DNA of 64,000 nucleotides from Rhizodiscina lignyota (Eukaryota): NCBI GenBank assembly GCA_010015805.1, contig ML978137.1, positions 62,001 to 126,000 of the forward strand, read 5' to 3'. Shown piece by piece: positions 36,883 to 49,322 of this stretch (position 1 is its first letter; each line of letters starts with the position of its first letter). The notes under the pieces were generated by a model. It saw only the letters and a program-made list of their open reading frames with translations, ran no database searches and was not told where the DNA came from. The position numbers and the translations under genes were made by a program.

Positions 36883-38798
36883 AATGAAGTTGCAGAGCGT
36901 CAAGCGCCTCTTGTCTCCTCCTACGCGAGGGGTCATGGATCTCATATATTGGTGGAATCATGGCCCCGACGGGGGACACCGATGCAGAAGGATTCCACAT
37001 TGCAAGTGACGACACTGGCCGACGCCACACACAAGTCTTATGCTCATCTTTGTCGTCGTTACCAGGTCATTGGATGTTCGAGCATCTGTTTGTGGAAGGT
37101 TGCAATTCGACTCCAGCAGCCCGTGCGTCACCAAGGGCGGAGAATCGTAAGAGCAAACCAATAATAGATGGTCGAGGTATGATAAGGATGGTTTCCGACC
37201 AGGTCGCTACAAGACACAAGGTGTGGCTGGATGGCAGGCATTGCTTGTATTTTTGATCTCCGCTCGGGGGATCAATGAGGTGCACAGCTCATCCTAGGCC
37301 ATGCATCGTGGCCAACCCCGCAGAATTAGGGTCGTCTATTGTGGAGACGCGGCTCATTCCTTAAAGCCATAGTAGGGGTAGAATATCGAGGCTATTCGAG
37401 AGATAGATTGAGAGGTTGCAATAGCCTCGAATCGCGGATTCTCCTTCGTACGCCACCGCCACGAAGTGCACTAGTCGCTTGAAGCAAGCCTTTCATGTTG
37501 TAGCACAATACGAGAAAAATCCTGTGAGTCGTTAACGCGAGCGCGATAAGAGCCATGAAAAAGGAAAGTCAAGGCGGCTATCAACGGCGAATGTACGATC
37601 CTCGCGATAGACGTTGATTGCCAGATATCGCGACCCAAGATCCCAAGGTATGTACGCTGTCTACCGAAAACCGAAAATTCCAAAGGTGGAATAAACGGCC
37701 GCTCGGCTGGCGTTGAGTGGCACTTACAGCTTGTACTGAATGCAAATGAATACCTTACCTGCCTGATCTGCCGCAGGACGCCCTTGATTGCCTAGCCGTC
37801 GCAAGAACCCTTACCGAGAGAGGTAGGTGGATACCCGAGCGACTGGAGAGACAGCATTAAACCTAATAGGCAGGAAACTCGCAGGGCATCCAACTGGAAA
37901 TTGTTCTGACGATCGTAGGTGAGATTGTATATGCGAGGCTCAGCTCACGCACTGTATACATAGAACTGTAGAGTGCTTGGGCTAGGAAGGCGAATCCTTG
38001 AGAGGAGGCGAAAAAGTGACACGACACGCTGATAAGGTAGAGGTCGGCACTAGCTTGATATGCGGTCATACATCGGCCATCCCGTCTTGCACGTCGGGGT
38101 GTTTCCGGAGTATCTCCGAAGATAAAAAAAAAAATCTGACGAGAGCAAGAATCGATAACAACGTTACAAAATGTATTTAGTGCAATAGAATTGACAGAGG
38201 ATATTTTGTCGTACTTGTAACTAGTCTTTTCAGTTGGACAATGAGCACATCCTGATTGGCGAGATAAGAAAGAGCTGCGTCAACCATTCGAGGACAGAAT
38301 CCAACAACGTGAGAAAAGGAAATGTAGATGTTACTTGAAATATAGGAAGAGACACACCTTTTCCGCAGACATGAAGGCCCTTATATGCACTCTCCTGAAG
38401 CAAGGCAGGATTGATGCCTGGCTCACCACTGGGTGAGGGCTACACTATTGTATTAGCTTTTGACTCACTTCGCCTTGGCATTGCTCCGTCTTTTATTTCC
38501 GGTGAACGAATTCATGAGTGATTTTACCAAAAGCCAAGTTCCAGGTATCACAGGTATATAAATACTCAAATTCAATTGGATGATTACTGTTCCGGCGTAA
38601 GGTATGGCAGAAAATCTCTCCGAACTCCGATGTCGCCATCGTACTCTAACTCCGAGCTCCACATCTTCAGTCCAGTATTTTCCTAGCTTCACTGCTTCTT
38701 AAAATGCTTATTGTCACGTCATATTACACCCATGAACTCCGATCTAATGCGTTTTCAGCCTTTCCCGGCCCATATCAACCCCATCCTCTGGGTTCAGA

Positions 38799-40145
38799 TT
38801 ATTTGGCACCAACGAGCAATCGAAGCTTTTCCATGAATACAAACGTCAAAATCGTGTACGGGCTATTTCATTTCCACCGTTAGCTCACATCGTTTAGGTT
38901 TTGACAGTGGGACATACGTTAGACGGAGCCAAGCTGGTGTCCATCCTTTCATCAAAACTAACGGACCTTCTTTCTTTACGATCTCAATACAGTATCGCAT
39001 GACAGACTGAGTAAGTGTAAATACGACTTTTGTGATATGTCATTCAGCGACATACCTGCTGCCCACCTTCTGCGCGGGACATATTCTGTACTCGGCTTTT
39101 TAGCACATCTGCTGGTGCGCATGCTGTTGTTGCCACGGTTCCAGCAATGAGTGAAGCTAGCATATGCGTCTTCGTGTCATCTTTCAAGCCGAGTGATCTA
39201 GCTGATAGTAAACGTGCTTTGGCTTCGGTGTACCTGATGATTATGAGCAGTCTGATTTGGACAATCCGTGGAGGACTAACGTAAATATCTGGGACACGTC
39301 TTGCAAACAATGTTAGTAAATCGCTCATTCTCGGCCGTCTTTCGATTTGCCACTCACTCATAAGTATGCTCCGTACTACGTTGGGGCCTAAACCGCGAAA
39401 GTACGTCCGAAAACCATCCTCTCGCCCAACTCTGACGAGCCCAGTGAGAGCATTGCTGTATCCGTAGCGCTCTGCCGGTGCCTTGGCTCCGTCTGCGCAC
39501 ATCCGAACGAGCACGATCTGGTTCTAATGAGCGCCACGGCATGTTCAACTAGGGAGAAATCGACATACTTCCGCCGGATTTCCGATGCAACCAGCAATGC
39601 CACCCGCTAACCCAGCGCATGCCATGGTTGTCCCAGGAGAAAGCTTCTGACCGCTTGATGGCTTGAAATGAGATGCGAAAAGGTTGTACAATCCGAATCG
39701 GGCTGTAGAGTATGTTGATTGCCGCAATATTGATGCTGATAGTCCGTTCCAAAGTGATAGTATGCCATCTCTTGCCGCAAAATTGTAAACAGCTCTGAGT
39801 AGAGGCGGTCTTTCTGTCAGGACTTGGAGCCGACTATGCGATATCCGTCAACATGTTTGCATCATGATACAGCCATTTTACAAAGCCTTACTATTTGGTC
39901 TGATCTAAAGGGTGAGCTACGATGTTGTTAGAACACCTTTGGCACGCCTCCGAAACCGAGACCCTTACTGAAGCATGCAGCCATTGACCCAGCAGCACCT
40001 CTAAGGCCCAGGATATCAGATCCATTATTCACACAATGGCGCAATGGCGCAATGATTGTGCTCACCCTAGCCAGAATGGCTCTCTGGCTATTTTCTTAGC
40101 CTCCACTTTCGGTATCGGCACTGAAGTTGCTGTTGTCGTCGCCAT
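38799..40145 (-). CDS. Mitochondrial carrier, dicarboxylate carrier (Dic1)-like, many short exons
   Basis: N-terminus ..EPFWLG, then HPLD, RQSTYSTARFG, GNPAE, PADVLKSR, and WLRL..PYTILTFVFMEKLR before TAA at 38799. Confidence 0.85.
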
Positions 40146-40725
40146 ATTGACGGATTTGGTGTCAAAGCAACCTGGCTTTGGGCACTCTCGTTATGTAGAT
40201 AGCTTAATGATATCTTCAAGGCCATCCCGACGTCGTCGGTATCCTCGGTCTATCGGAGCCTCCCGAGCAGAGTAGAGATGAGCTGCAATCGTCTTTCGGC
40301 GACAATTCTGACTGCCGCAGGGTTTCGCGTATTCACGCGTCTCATGAAATGGCATTTTTCGCGCCGACTCAGCGTCCCTCCGCGTGCCATAAGACGCGAA
40401 TCCAGAGGTACAGAAGTGTCTCCGACGGGTCGCGCGAGACGCGCATTCAGCTGACTCGTCCGAGATACCTAGACGACTGAACGGAAGCAATACTCCCGCA
40501 TCGGCGATTTTTCTGATACCGCCTGCAGAGCTCCCAAGGTTCGCAACAGCTTCGGCTTCGACCTCGAGAATTTGGCGGCTAAGTAGCCGCTCTGTATTGT
40601 CCGTATGCTAGTAAGTGTGGGGATATTAAGGCATCATGAAGTAGGCCGCCTGCATTGGAGCCACGTCGTGCTATCATTATTTCTTGTCAATTCCTTCGAT
40701 CCCGTCTCATTTTGTCATCTCTCCC

Positions 40726-42515
40726 ATGGCTTCTGTTCTTACACCTGCCCGCGTCATAAGCGCATCCACCCCGCGCTCTTTTCCTCAGCGACGATTGATT
40801 GTCCAGTGGAAGGACTTTTCACGGCCAGCGAAGCTATCGAGACCTCTCGCCATCAATTCGCGACGATGGTACTCGACACCTCCATCCAAAGCCCCCTCGA
40901 AAAACCGCGCCGCATCGAAACTCTATAAATCCGCCGACGATGCCGTCGCAGACATTCAATCAGGTTCTACCATCTTCAGCTCAGGGTTCGGCCTCTGTGG
41001 CGTTGCAGAGACACTGATCGAGGCGATCGAGCGGAGAGGTAAGGAGTCGTTGCACTCCCTCACCGCGGTTTCAAACAATACGGGCATTGAGGGCGTGGGC
41101 GGACTGAGCCATATCGCAAAGAGTGGGCAAGTTAAGAAGCTCATTATAAGCTTCCTGGGCAATAACAAGGCGCTGGAGAGGAGATTTCTTAATGGCGACC
41201 TTGCGGTGGAGCTGTGCCCACAGGGATCGCTGGCGGAGCGAATAAGGGCAGGTGGTGCTGGAATACCGGCGTTTTATACGCCCACGGCGGCAAGTATGCA
41301 ATCCTGTTCCGCGTTGCAAGGTCGCCAATGCTGACAATACTCAGACACCCTTGTAGAAACCGGCAAGATCCCTAGTATGTACGACAGCAAGGGAAATGTA
41401 ATCGCATATGGCACGCCAAGAGAAGTCAGGGAGTTCAATGGCAGGAAATATCTCATGGAAACCGCATTGACAGGAGATGTGGCGATTATAAGAGCACACA
41501 AGGTCGACGAGGCCGGCAATTGCTGTTTCAGATACACGACGAAAGCATACGGGGTCATCATGGCGAAAGCTGCCAAAGTCACCATCGTCGAGGCAGAGGA
41601 AATTGTGCCAATTGGCGCACTACATCCCGATAACGTCGATCTCCCTGGTATCTTTGTGGACAGAATTGTGCCAGCAACAGCGAAGAAGAACATCGAAATC
41701 CTAAAGATACGAAAACCGGCGGATCCCAATGCGACAGTTAGTGAGGCACAGGCAAAGAGAGATCGTATTGCACGAAGAACAGCGAAGGAGCTCCATCACG
41801 GTTACTATGTCAATCTTGGTGTTGGCCTCCCAACGAGAGCGCCAGAATATTTGCCGAAGGACGTACGAGTTTGGCTTCAGTCTGAGAACGGTATCCTTGG
41901 CATGGTGAGTAACTCGTATGATGTGTGGTAAAGACCTCGATTTTGATTTGGTGATAGGGCGATTATCCGACAGAAAGCGAAGTCGACGCCGATATTGTCA
42001 ACGCGGGCAAGGAAACTGTGACACTCGTCCCGGGTGCCTCGACATTCGACAGCGCTGATTCATTTGGCATGATCCGAGGTGGACATGTAGATGTCACTGT
42101 CCTTGGAGCACTCCAGGTCAGTGCAAGCGGCGACCTGGCCAACTATATGATCCCTGGCAAGACTTTCAAGGGAATGGGTGGTGCTATGGACCTCGTCGGT
42201 AACCCCGAGGAAACGAAGATTGTCGTGGCAACAGAGCATGTGGCAAAGGACGGATCGCCGAAGGTTGTACAGGACTGCAAACTGCCATTGACCGGAGCGA
42301 AGTGCATCAGCACAATCATCACAGACATGGTAAGTCACCTACAATATCAATATTTAGAAGTGCATACTGATTCTCGATAGTGTGTATTCCAAGTAGACAG
42401 GGTGAACGGAGGGTTGACCTTAACGGAGATTGCTCCCGGTCTTACGGTTGATGACGTGAAAGCGAAGACTGATGCCACTTTCAAGGTTGCGGATAATGTC
42501 ATATCGATGGAGTAG
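40726..42515 (+). CDS. Succinyl-CoA:3-oxoacid CoA transferase (SCOT; family I), mitochondrial, 4 exons
   Basis: Arg-rich presequence. Motifs [35 protein letters not shown], catalytic [13 protein letters not shown] and GMGGAMDLV. Confidence 0.93.
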
Positions 42516-42995
42516 AGCATTTTCAGATATTAGGGTTACACATAGAGAGCCTTTGGGTGTCCATTGTGTTATTGATGGCCATGGCACTATTGCATTGCTG
42601 ACGAGTTCAAGCTTTCTGTATAGAACGTCCCAGGTAAAACTTGCTTGATATTTTAATTTCTATGACCTCTATTAGCCAGTTTTGAACAAGCGGGAATCCT
42701 GTCAGTACTGATAGTGAATGGAAATGGCGGCTCCTGCTTGGCGTTTAAGTGGCGGTGCATAAGCCGCGCACAGCCTGAACTAGCGGAAGTGCTCTCTATC
42801 GCGACTACACAAGGGCTACCTCCAGCAAGAAGAGTTCGCCACGGCGCTCATTTCATCATTTTCTCACAACTCTCTGTCTGAAAATCTTAACAACGATCTC
42901 CAGGAATTTTGTGGAACTCTTCTCCATCGTGCAATCTACGTCCAGAGTCAAGTTATCGGAACCAACTGTCCCACGCCTCCATTTTCTTCAACCTC

Positions 42996-43780
42996 ATGCG
43001 TCTTATCAGCTCCAAACATTGTCACTCAAAGCGTTTCTTAATATCAAAATCTGAAATCTACAATGCTTCCACACACACTTCTGGTGACAAAGAAGTCACC
43101 TTTGATGAATTTCGAAGCTCTCACGAAATAATTGAAAAACGCGAGGGATAAGAAGATAATCGCGGCGTGTCGAAACGCCATGAAATCGCCAGGTAACTTA
43201 TCGCGCCCTGAGCTGTGGCTGCTCTATGCCAAATCTGAGCTCGACTTGTCAAGCCTGAGCAAAGTGTGAGCACCGACCGCGTCTTCGCCAGGTCCGAAAC
43301 CGCCTTCCAGCTTTTCGTACGCGCACGTCAACGACAGCGATGTGGAGACAGTTGCTAGCATCAAGGTCGCGGCCGAGAATGAAGCTGAAGTTGCGCCACC
43401 GGTTCGTACTTCGATCTATGCCCCGCAGCAGCATATGCACTACGATGCGAATGATTTTGACGGCGATTGAATGCACGTCTCGCCGTTAATATCGAAGTCA
43501 GGGTCGCTTGCCAGGTGCCGCGCCTCTTCGATGCGCGATGCCCGAAGCGATCATATATTCGGGAGCTCCGTCTGTATACCTTCAGAGAATATCCGTAGTC
43601 TTTCAGCGGCGATAGTGCATGGCCTCCTACTTGTGAAAAGATCAATCCTCTGGCGTCCTGATTCTTTCCGCTGACTTCGTCTACGGTAGCGGTGTCGTCC
43701 CTGCGCCTTCCAACCTTCATGTTAACAAGTTGTCGAAAGTGGTATAGTCGCATAATGGTGTGGCACTACGGAGTATCCTA
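42996..43780 (+). pseudogene. Degenerate HET-domain (heterokaryon incompatibility-type) gene relic
   Basis: MRLI start, THTSGDKEVTFDEF (compare SHTWGxxEVTF), a frameshifted KKIIAACR, and downstream fragments LFDA and SSGVLILSADF. Stops and frameshifts occur throughout. Confidence 0.5.
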
Positions 43781-45245
43781 ACCTCGAATCACACTAGTAA
43801 GCGCGAGTCCAATCAATGTATCAACAACTCTTAGCACAGTCAAGCGTCGGCTGAAAATGGCCTCGACTTCTCCATTCGAGAGCATGCATAACTGTGGAAA
43901 TACATGTAGCTGCGAGCTCATTTTCAGTTCTTTAAGCCACCTCCTGCAAGGTTCTACTCTAACCGACGAGGGGCGGTCCAATCTTGTCGACCGAGCGTAA
44001 GCTGTCAGGGCAAGTTGCGTGGACGCCACCTTCGGCCCGCAACCCTCTCATGCGGGCTGAATTGGAGTTCATATTCTCGACAAGCCCAAGGGCCCACCGA
44101 ATGTTTTTCCGCATCACGAATGAGTTCGGCTGGGTGGGACTGGTGGCCCTTACAGTGTCGTCCAACCTCGGCCAATTCGTCACTGCAGCCTCCTCTCGCT
44201 GGTCTTGTGCTGGTACTTGTGCCAGACAAAAACCGAAACAGTGTGCTGAATTTCATTCATCGAGGCACACATGGTACGCCACATGGTTCGGCTCGGTGCA
44301 CAAGCGGCGAGATGTGGACGGGCCGCGCCGCCGTGGATCTGCGCTAGATTCAACTGTGCTCTAGACTGCGTATGCACGTCTCAATGTCTCAAAAAATCGG
44401 TCTCCCCACTCAGCAGCAGTTATGTCACAGACATTTCTGGAGTTTTTGAGCAAAACTCGGCCACTCTCAGACGCCTCCTCAACGCAGAGCATGCTGTCGG
44501 CGCGTTATCTAGCAAGCCTGAGTAGCGAGACTTTCGCCTTTACCAGCCATATTTCACTACGCATGTACGAAATTAGGCCGGGAAGAACATTAGTCGAAAA
44601 TGAACATGAAATACAGCACCCACTACCCAAGAATACTTCGCATAACCTTCCCAGATACATAAACCTTCTCGGCAGCCTGCAACAGCTTGTGGATGTCTGC
44701 AAGCCAGGAAATGTCGGTCTGTCGCGACCCCATATATACTAATGTACGCTCATGGTGCATTGTCACAACTCGCTTCTATCAAAGATGCTCAGCTGCGACT
44801 GAACATCGCGTAACTACGGCTGATGTATGCTCAGAGACACCCGATGCCTGGGATTGGTACCTAAGTCACCACTCACCAATTAGATGATCATGACAGCGTT
44901 CGGCTACTGCAGTGCTGTCGCAGCATTGCGATCTAGAACACAGCTCTACACTTCCCGCCGTGCATCATTCTCGTTTACGGCGGGTTAGCAACGAAAGCAA
45001 GTCTCAAACTCGCGAGCTGAATCGTGACTGATTCACATTTCGGACTGACTGTCTGTCTATAAAGTACGCCTTTCCTCCGTTGGATAACTCCTCAACAACG
45101 ACAGCAACAACTTCAGCTAGCAGGAAACACCGATCACATCCTAAATATCAAGTCGTTAAATCTTTGCTCGAAAATATAATCGCTCTAGTGAGTTCTGTAA
45201 CAGCCAGTAATACTATTTCTTCAGACTAATCGGCATTTCAGCATC

Positions 45246-45734
45246 ATGCCCGGAAAGTACTCGTCGTCTGTCGTCCGTGGTGATACCACCTACATCTTCT
45301 TCAACGACCAGAACAGCAATGGCGATCCGGTCCTCAAGCTCATGAAAGTTACCGATGATGCAGCACCAACCCAGACCCTCCGCGTGGAAGGTAAAGACAT
45401 TTCGGCGTCCGACGGCCCAATTGCCGCCACCATTGTAAACAACGGTGTGGACGGCATCCGCCTCTATGTTATCAACAAGAAGAACATCGTGGAGTACGGC
45501 CTTGATACTCCGATTGGTTCGAGCGACAAGTGGAAGAAGGAGAATTTCACCAGTTCTATCAAACTTGACCAGGGTTCCTTCTTGAATGCCTTGGGAAAGC
45601 CTGAATTGGGCGGGATCAAGTCGGAGGGCAAGCCTGTCCTGCTGAGGATCTTTTACACCAAGGAAGGCGCCAGCAATCAAATCACGCAGCACTCTTACAC
45701 CGACAGCTGGCAGGAGAAGACAATTGACTCTTAA
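45246..45734 (+). CDS. Cytoplasmic 162-aa protein resembling fungal fucose-specific lectin beta-propeller blades
   Basis: Blade-like segments IRLYVINKKNIVEYG...KW and LRIFYTKEG..QITQHSYTDSW. Codon usage is strongly biased to C/G endings. A TATA-like TATAAA lies near 45058 and there is a 5'UTR intron at 45188-45241. Confidence 0.65.
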   Translation: MPGKYSSSVVRGDTTYIFFNDQNSNGDPVLKLMKVTDDAAPTQTLRVEGKDISASDGPIAATIVNNGVDGIRLYVINKKNIVEYGLDTPIGSSDKWKKENFTSSIKLDQGSFLNALGKPELGGIKSEGKPVLLRIFYTKEGASNQITQHSYTDSWQEKTIDS

Positions 45735-46003
45735 ACGTCGTGCACTCTCGTACTACAAGGACAGCAACCAGCAGGGTGCCACCTCTCAGCGCATCTATTC
45801 ACCTCTCGTGGAGACTTGTACTCTTTAAGATTACTTGTCAACGTGTATTTACATCGGCTTGAGAGCCCTCTGCTCTCTCGTTCCTCTCGATCCTTTAATT
45901 CACAAACTTTCTAAGCTCTCATCATGAATTTTCACCCTTTTGCTAGATATATCGTGAAATTTGTTCGACAAGCTTTTCCGTGCGTTCGCGCTGGGTGGCT
46001 CAA

Positions 46004-47377
46004 TTATGCATCCAGTCTGAAACCTCGCTTTAGCCTCTCTTCGTTTGCAATGAATAACTTGGGTATACTAGTTTCTTCAGGTTTTCGACCGTCCTGGATC
46101 ATACACACCACTCCTCTCGCGGCCTCGAAGATGGAAGCCATGCCTCCCCCATTAAAGCCTGCCATTAAGAACCATCCCTCTTCCCTAGGAACCTCTCCGA
46201 TGTGTGGAAACCCGTCTGGTGTGAAGCCCATTATGCCGGTCCAAATGGATTCGACGTCCTCTGCGTTCTCCGGATTGTGTTGATAATAGGAGAAATGCCG
46301 AGCCATGTAGCCTTTAAAATATCTCTCCTTCACACCACTCCCATCTGGAAGTGTGATGAGCGTACTGTCATCCACAGTATCGAACCAGAGAGATTTATCA
46401 TCGCGGTACAGAGTCTGCCCACCTCCAAGAATGATAGAGCTGTCAGGCCGCGGAATTAGATATTCCCTGCTTGTGGAAGACTGATGGATATTATATGTAT
46501 ATGTTAGTTGCGGCGTGTCGTCAGGGAATTTCGCTGTGATATGGCATGCTGTTCCTCGCCCAGGAACAATCACATCTCCGTACTGCGGGAGCAGAGCAGA
46601 GACATACGCGTTCGTTGCGAATACGACCTTTTTCGCTTTGGTTGTGCCTCTGGGTGTCTCGAGAATCGTAAGACCAGACTTTGACTCCCGCGATATCTTT
46701 GTTACAGGAGTGTGAGTTTGCAAATTTGCGCCCATTTCGATGCATTTCTGGAGCAAGCCGACGACGAATTTGTATGGCCATAAGCTCACGACCGGAGAAG
46801 ATGCCGCGCCTTTGGCTCCGCTAATGCCGGTAAGTCTTTCTACATTCTTTCCCTTGAGAAATTGAATGTCCTTCAGCCAGGTGGCGCCCTCGTCGCGGAA
46901 GCCCTGGAACTCGTTTTCCATAACATCGGCGTGGGCTTGGTCGAGGAAGACATCAAAGGAGCGGGTCAAGAAAAGGTCGCAGTCTATATTTTCCCTCTCC
47001 ACACATGCTTTCAATTCGGAAAGCAGTGTCCTGTGGAAAGTAGCCAACTCTGCCGCTGCCTCGGCGCCTTGCGCTTTATGGAAATTTGCCAGTGTGACAG
47101 GGGAAATTTTGGAATGTCCACCATTCCGTCCGGTAGCTCCTGAACAGGCCTGTCTGGCTTCGAAGATAACGATGCTTGGAGGTTCTGTATTGTTTTTGAG
47201 AAGATGGTATGCAGTACATGCTCCGGACATGCCAGCACCGATAATCGCAATGTCAACGATTTCTGGGAGAGTTTTCGTGGAACGGTGGTCGTCTAGGGGA
47301 AGAGGGCATGCCCGCCAGAAGGGAGTCGTTGATGAAGGGACAGGGAGACGGGAAAGAGGGTCAAATTCTCTCGCCAT
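46004..47377 (-). CDS. FAD-dependent oxidoreductase (DAO/PuuB-like), intronless
   Basis: Motifs IIGAGMSG, CSGATGRNGGH, VVFATNAY, WTGIMGFTPDGFPHIG and AGFNGGGM. Confidence 0.9.
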   Translation of the reverse strand: MAREFDPLSRLPVPSSTTPFWRACPLPLDDHRSTKTLPEIVDIAIIGAGMSGACTAYHLLKNNTEPPSIVIFEARQACSGATGRNGGHSKISPVTLANFHKAQGAEAAAELATFHRTLLSELKACVERENIDCDLFLTRSFDVFLDQAHADVMENEFQGFRDEGATWLKDIQFLKGKNVERLTGISGAKGAASSPVVSLWPYKFVVGLLQKCIEMGANLQTHTPVTKISRESKSGLTILETPRGTTKAKKVVFATNAYVSALLPQYGDVIVPGRGTACHITAKFPDDTPQLTYTYNIHQSSTSREYLIPRPDSSIILGGGQTLYRDDKSLWFDTVDDSTLITLPDGSGVKERYFKGYMARHFSYYQHNPENAEDVESIWTGIMGFTPDGFPHIGEVPREEGWFLMAGFNGGGMASIFEAARGVVCMIQDGRKPEETSIPKLFIANEERLKRGFRLDA

Positions 47378-47840
47378 TGCAATGTAGTTGGCACCGACAG
47401 CTTCCTGATGTTGAGATTAGAAGGAAATAGAGATCAACACCCAGGCCCAGAGTGCAAGAGTGGAGCATCTACTACTCTACATTTTCGCCAGCAATGAAAC
47501 TTGGGGATCTCTAGTTATAAGCCCGTCCGAGGGAAGTTGATTGGAGGAGGATCGCGAACGCCGATGGATCTGTCGCAAGGAGTGTGGCGGAATATATACG
47601 GATATAGCGATTCCAAGACGGGTTAATCGAATTCCGGCCTGCCTATCATAGAAGGAGTAGTGCCGATCGAAGATGAAAAGACGGCCCACTCCATCCGCAA
47701 ACTGTCCTCTTAACTTGAGTATTCCCAACCCATCACTGGAAAAAGAATTTGCCACAATCGGCAATGTGTGTGAGTTATCTAGGAGAACATCGTCAGCGAC
47801 ATAACTTCGCATTGCTTCATAAGCGATATTATGTGTTTGT

Positions 47841-48833
47841 CTATAGCTTCGAAGCGCGTGGCGTAGCAAACGTGGAGCCCTGGCCTTTCCCAATGGCCTC
47901 TACAATCTCATCCACACTCTCTAGAATCCATATCCCTCCCTCGTCGCTCGCCAGCCATCTCGCACCTTCCTCGTTTTGCGTATTGTCCTCCCATGATCCA
48001 TCATCCAGCGCCTTCCTTAGCCCAAATATGTGTGATATAACCTGAGGTCCTACTCCGGTCTGTGCGCGCAGAGCTGCTACGGCAACTGCAGACGTCGCTA
48101 TTCGGCCAACTGCCTGGCCAGGTGGGGCGTCGCGGCCTGGAGGATCGGAGAACAGCAGGCCATATTCGCTGTTGACGATATGAATGGGGAGATCTGGATG
48201 CGCGACAGCAAGCTTTTCGAGGAGCTTGTCTTCGAAGGGTCGATATATAGAGTTCCACAATTGGCGGCCGCGCTGCTTGGTAGCTTCGATGTTCGCAGAG
48301 GTTGGTGTTCGTGAGGACTTGGTGGTGAGACCTTTTCCAACGGGCTCTGGGAGGCTGGCCCGGAAGGCATTAAGACAGTTGATTGTTCTCGGCACCTTTC
48401 CCGTTGATGAGCTACTTGCGTGAAGCAGAGGAGACCAAGAGGAGAAGAAACGCCATACGCACCCCATTGAAACCAATGCACTTAAGTCCGACTTCTCGCA
48501 TCATTTCTGCATTCTTTACGGCATTTTTGATATCATTGCCGCTGGCCATGCCGTGCAGGGTAATTAGTGATTCTGGAGAATTCAATGTCACGGTCGCGGC
48601 AGTCTATAATTGCACGTATTAGCCTTTGGCCGAAACCAATTGCCATGGGCTGGCTCTCAACGCCTCATACATACCGTCATAGCTAGCCATGTTGGCTGCT
48701 CGACCTTCTTTGACTCTGCATGCCGTCCTATTCTCTCAAACACGGATCTAATTCCTGGTGGAGCGGGAGTCGTCCCAGCACGAGCAAACGGGGCTTCTAT
48801 CAGCGCCTTCAGCGCACTTGACAGCTTCGACAT
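47841..48833 (-). CDS. AhpD/carboxymuconolactone-decarboxylase-like fold protein (yeast Pxp2-like) with C-terminal PTS1, 3 exons
   Basis: [15 protein letters not shown] / [26 protein letters not shown] / [31 protein letters not shown]; ends ASKL. Confidence 0.75.
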
Positions 48834-49322
48834 GTCTTGATCAGGATCTATACGTCTACGGTGTCGCGCTTTTCTATCAGCACCATCGCGTGACATTGTA
48901 ATGCGTACAATGCGTGAGAAAAGCTACGGTCAACGTTCTTGCGCACGGCGAATCGTAATCCGAGGTTGCGCATCGGCGCTTGATCTGAGCCCGATTCAGG
49001 GTCTTCGCCCATGCACAACCTCCATGCTCGGAATGAAGTCCAACAACCAAGCTCGCATGGCACTGCATGGCCCTGCATGCCACCATCTGCGGTAAGATGT
49101 CACCGCTAGCTCTGTATTCCCCGGCGGAGAAAATACTGAGGCCGGCCATTTGGAATGACGCTGCTTGGCTCCAGATCCCCACGGGGAATACGACTCTAAG
49201 GTGACCCCAGGATTTGGAAGGGGAGCATTGAAAGAGCGACGTCTTCCCCCCATCCGCACAAGCATCTCCGAGGAGCAGAGCTCTCTTGTTTTCCAGTGTA
49301 TCTTGAGTTTGTTACCGCCAAA

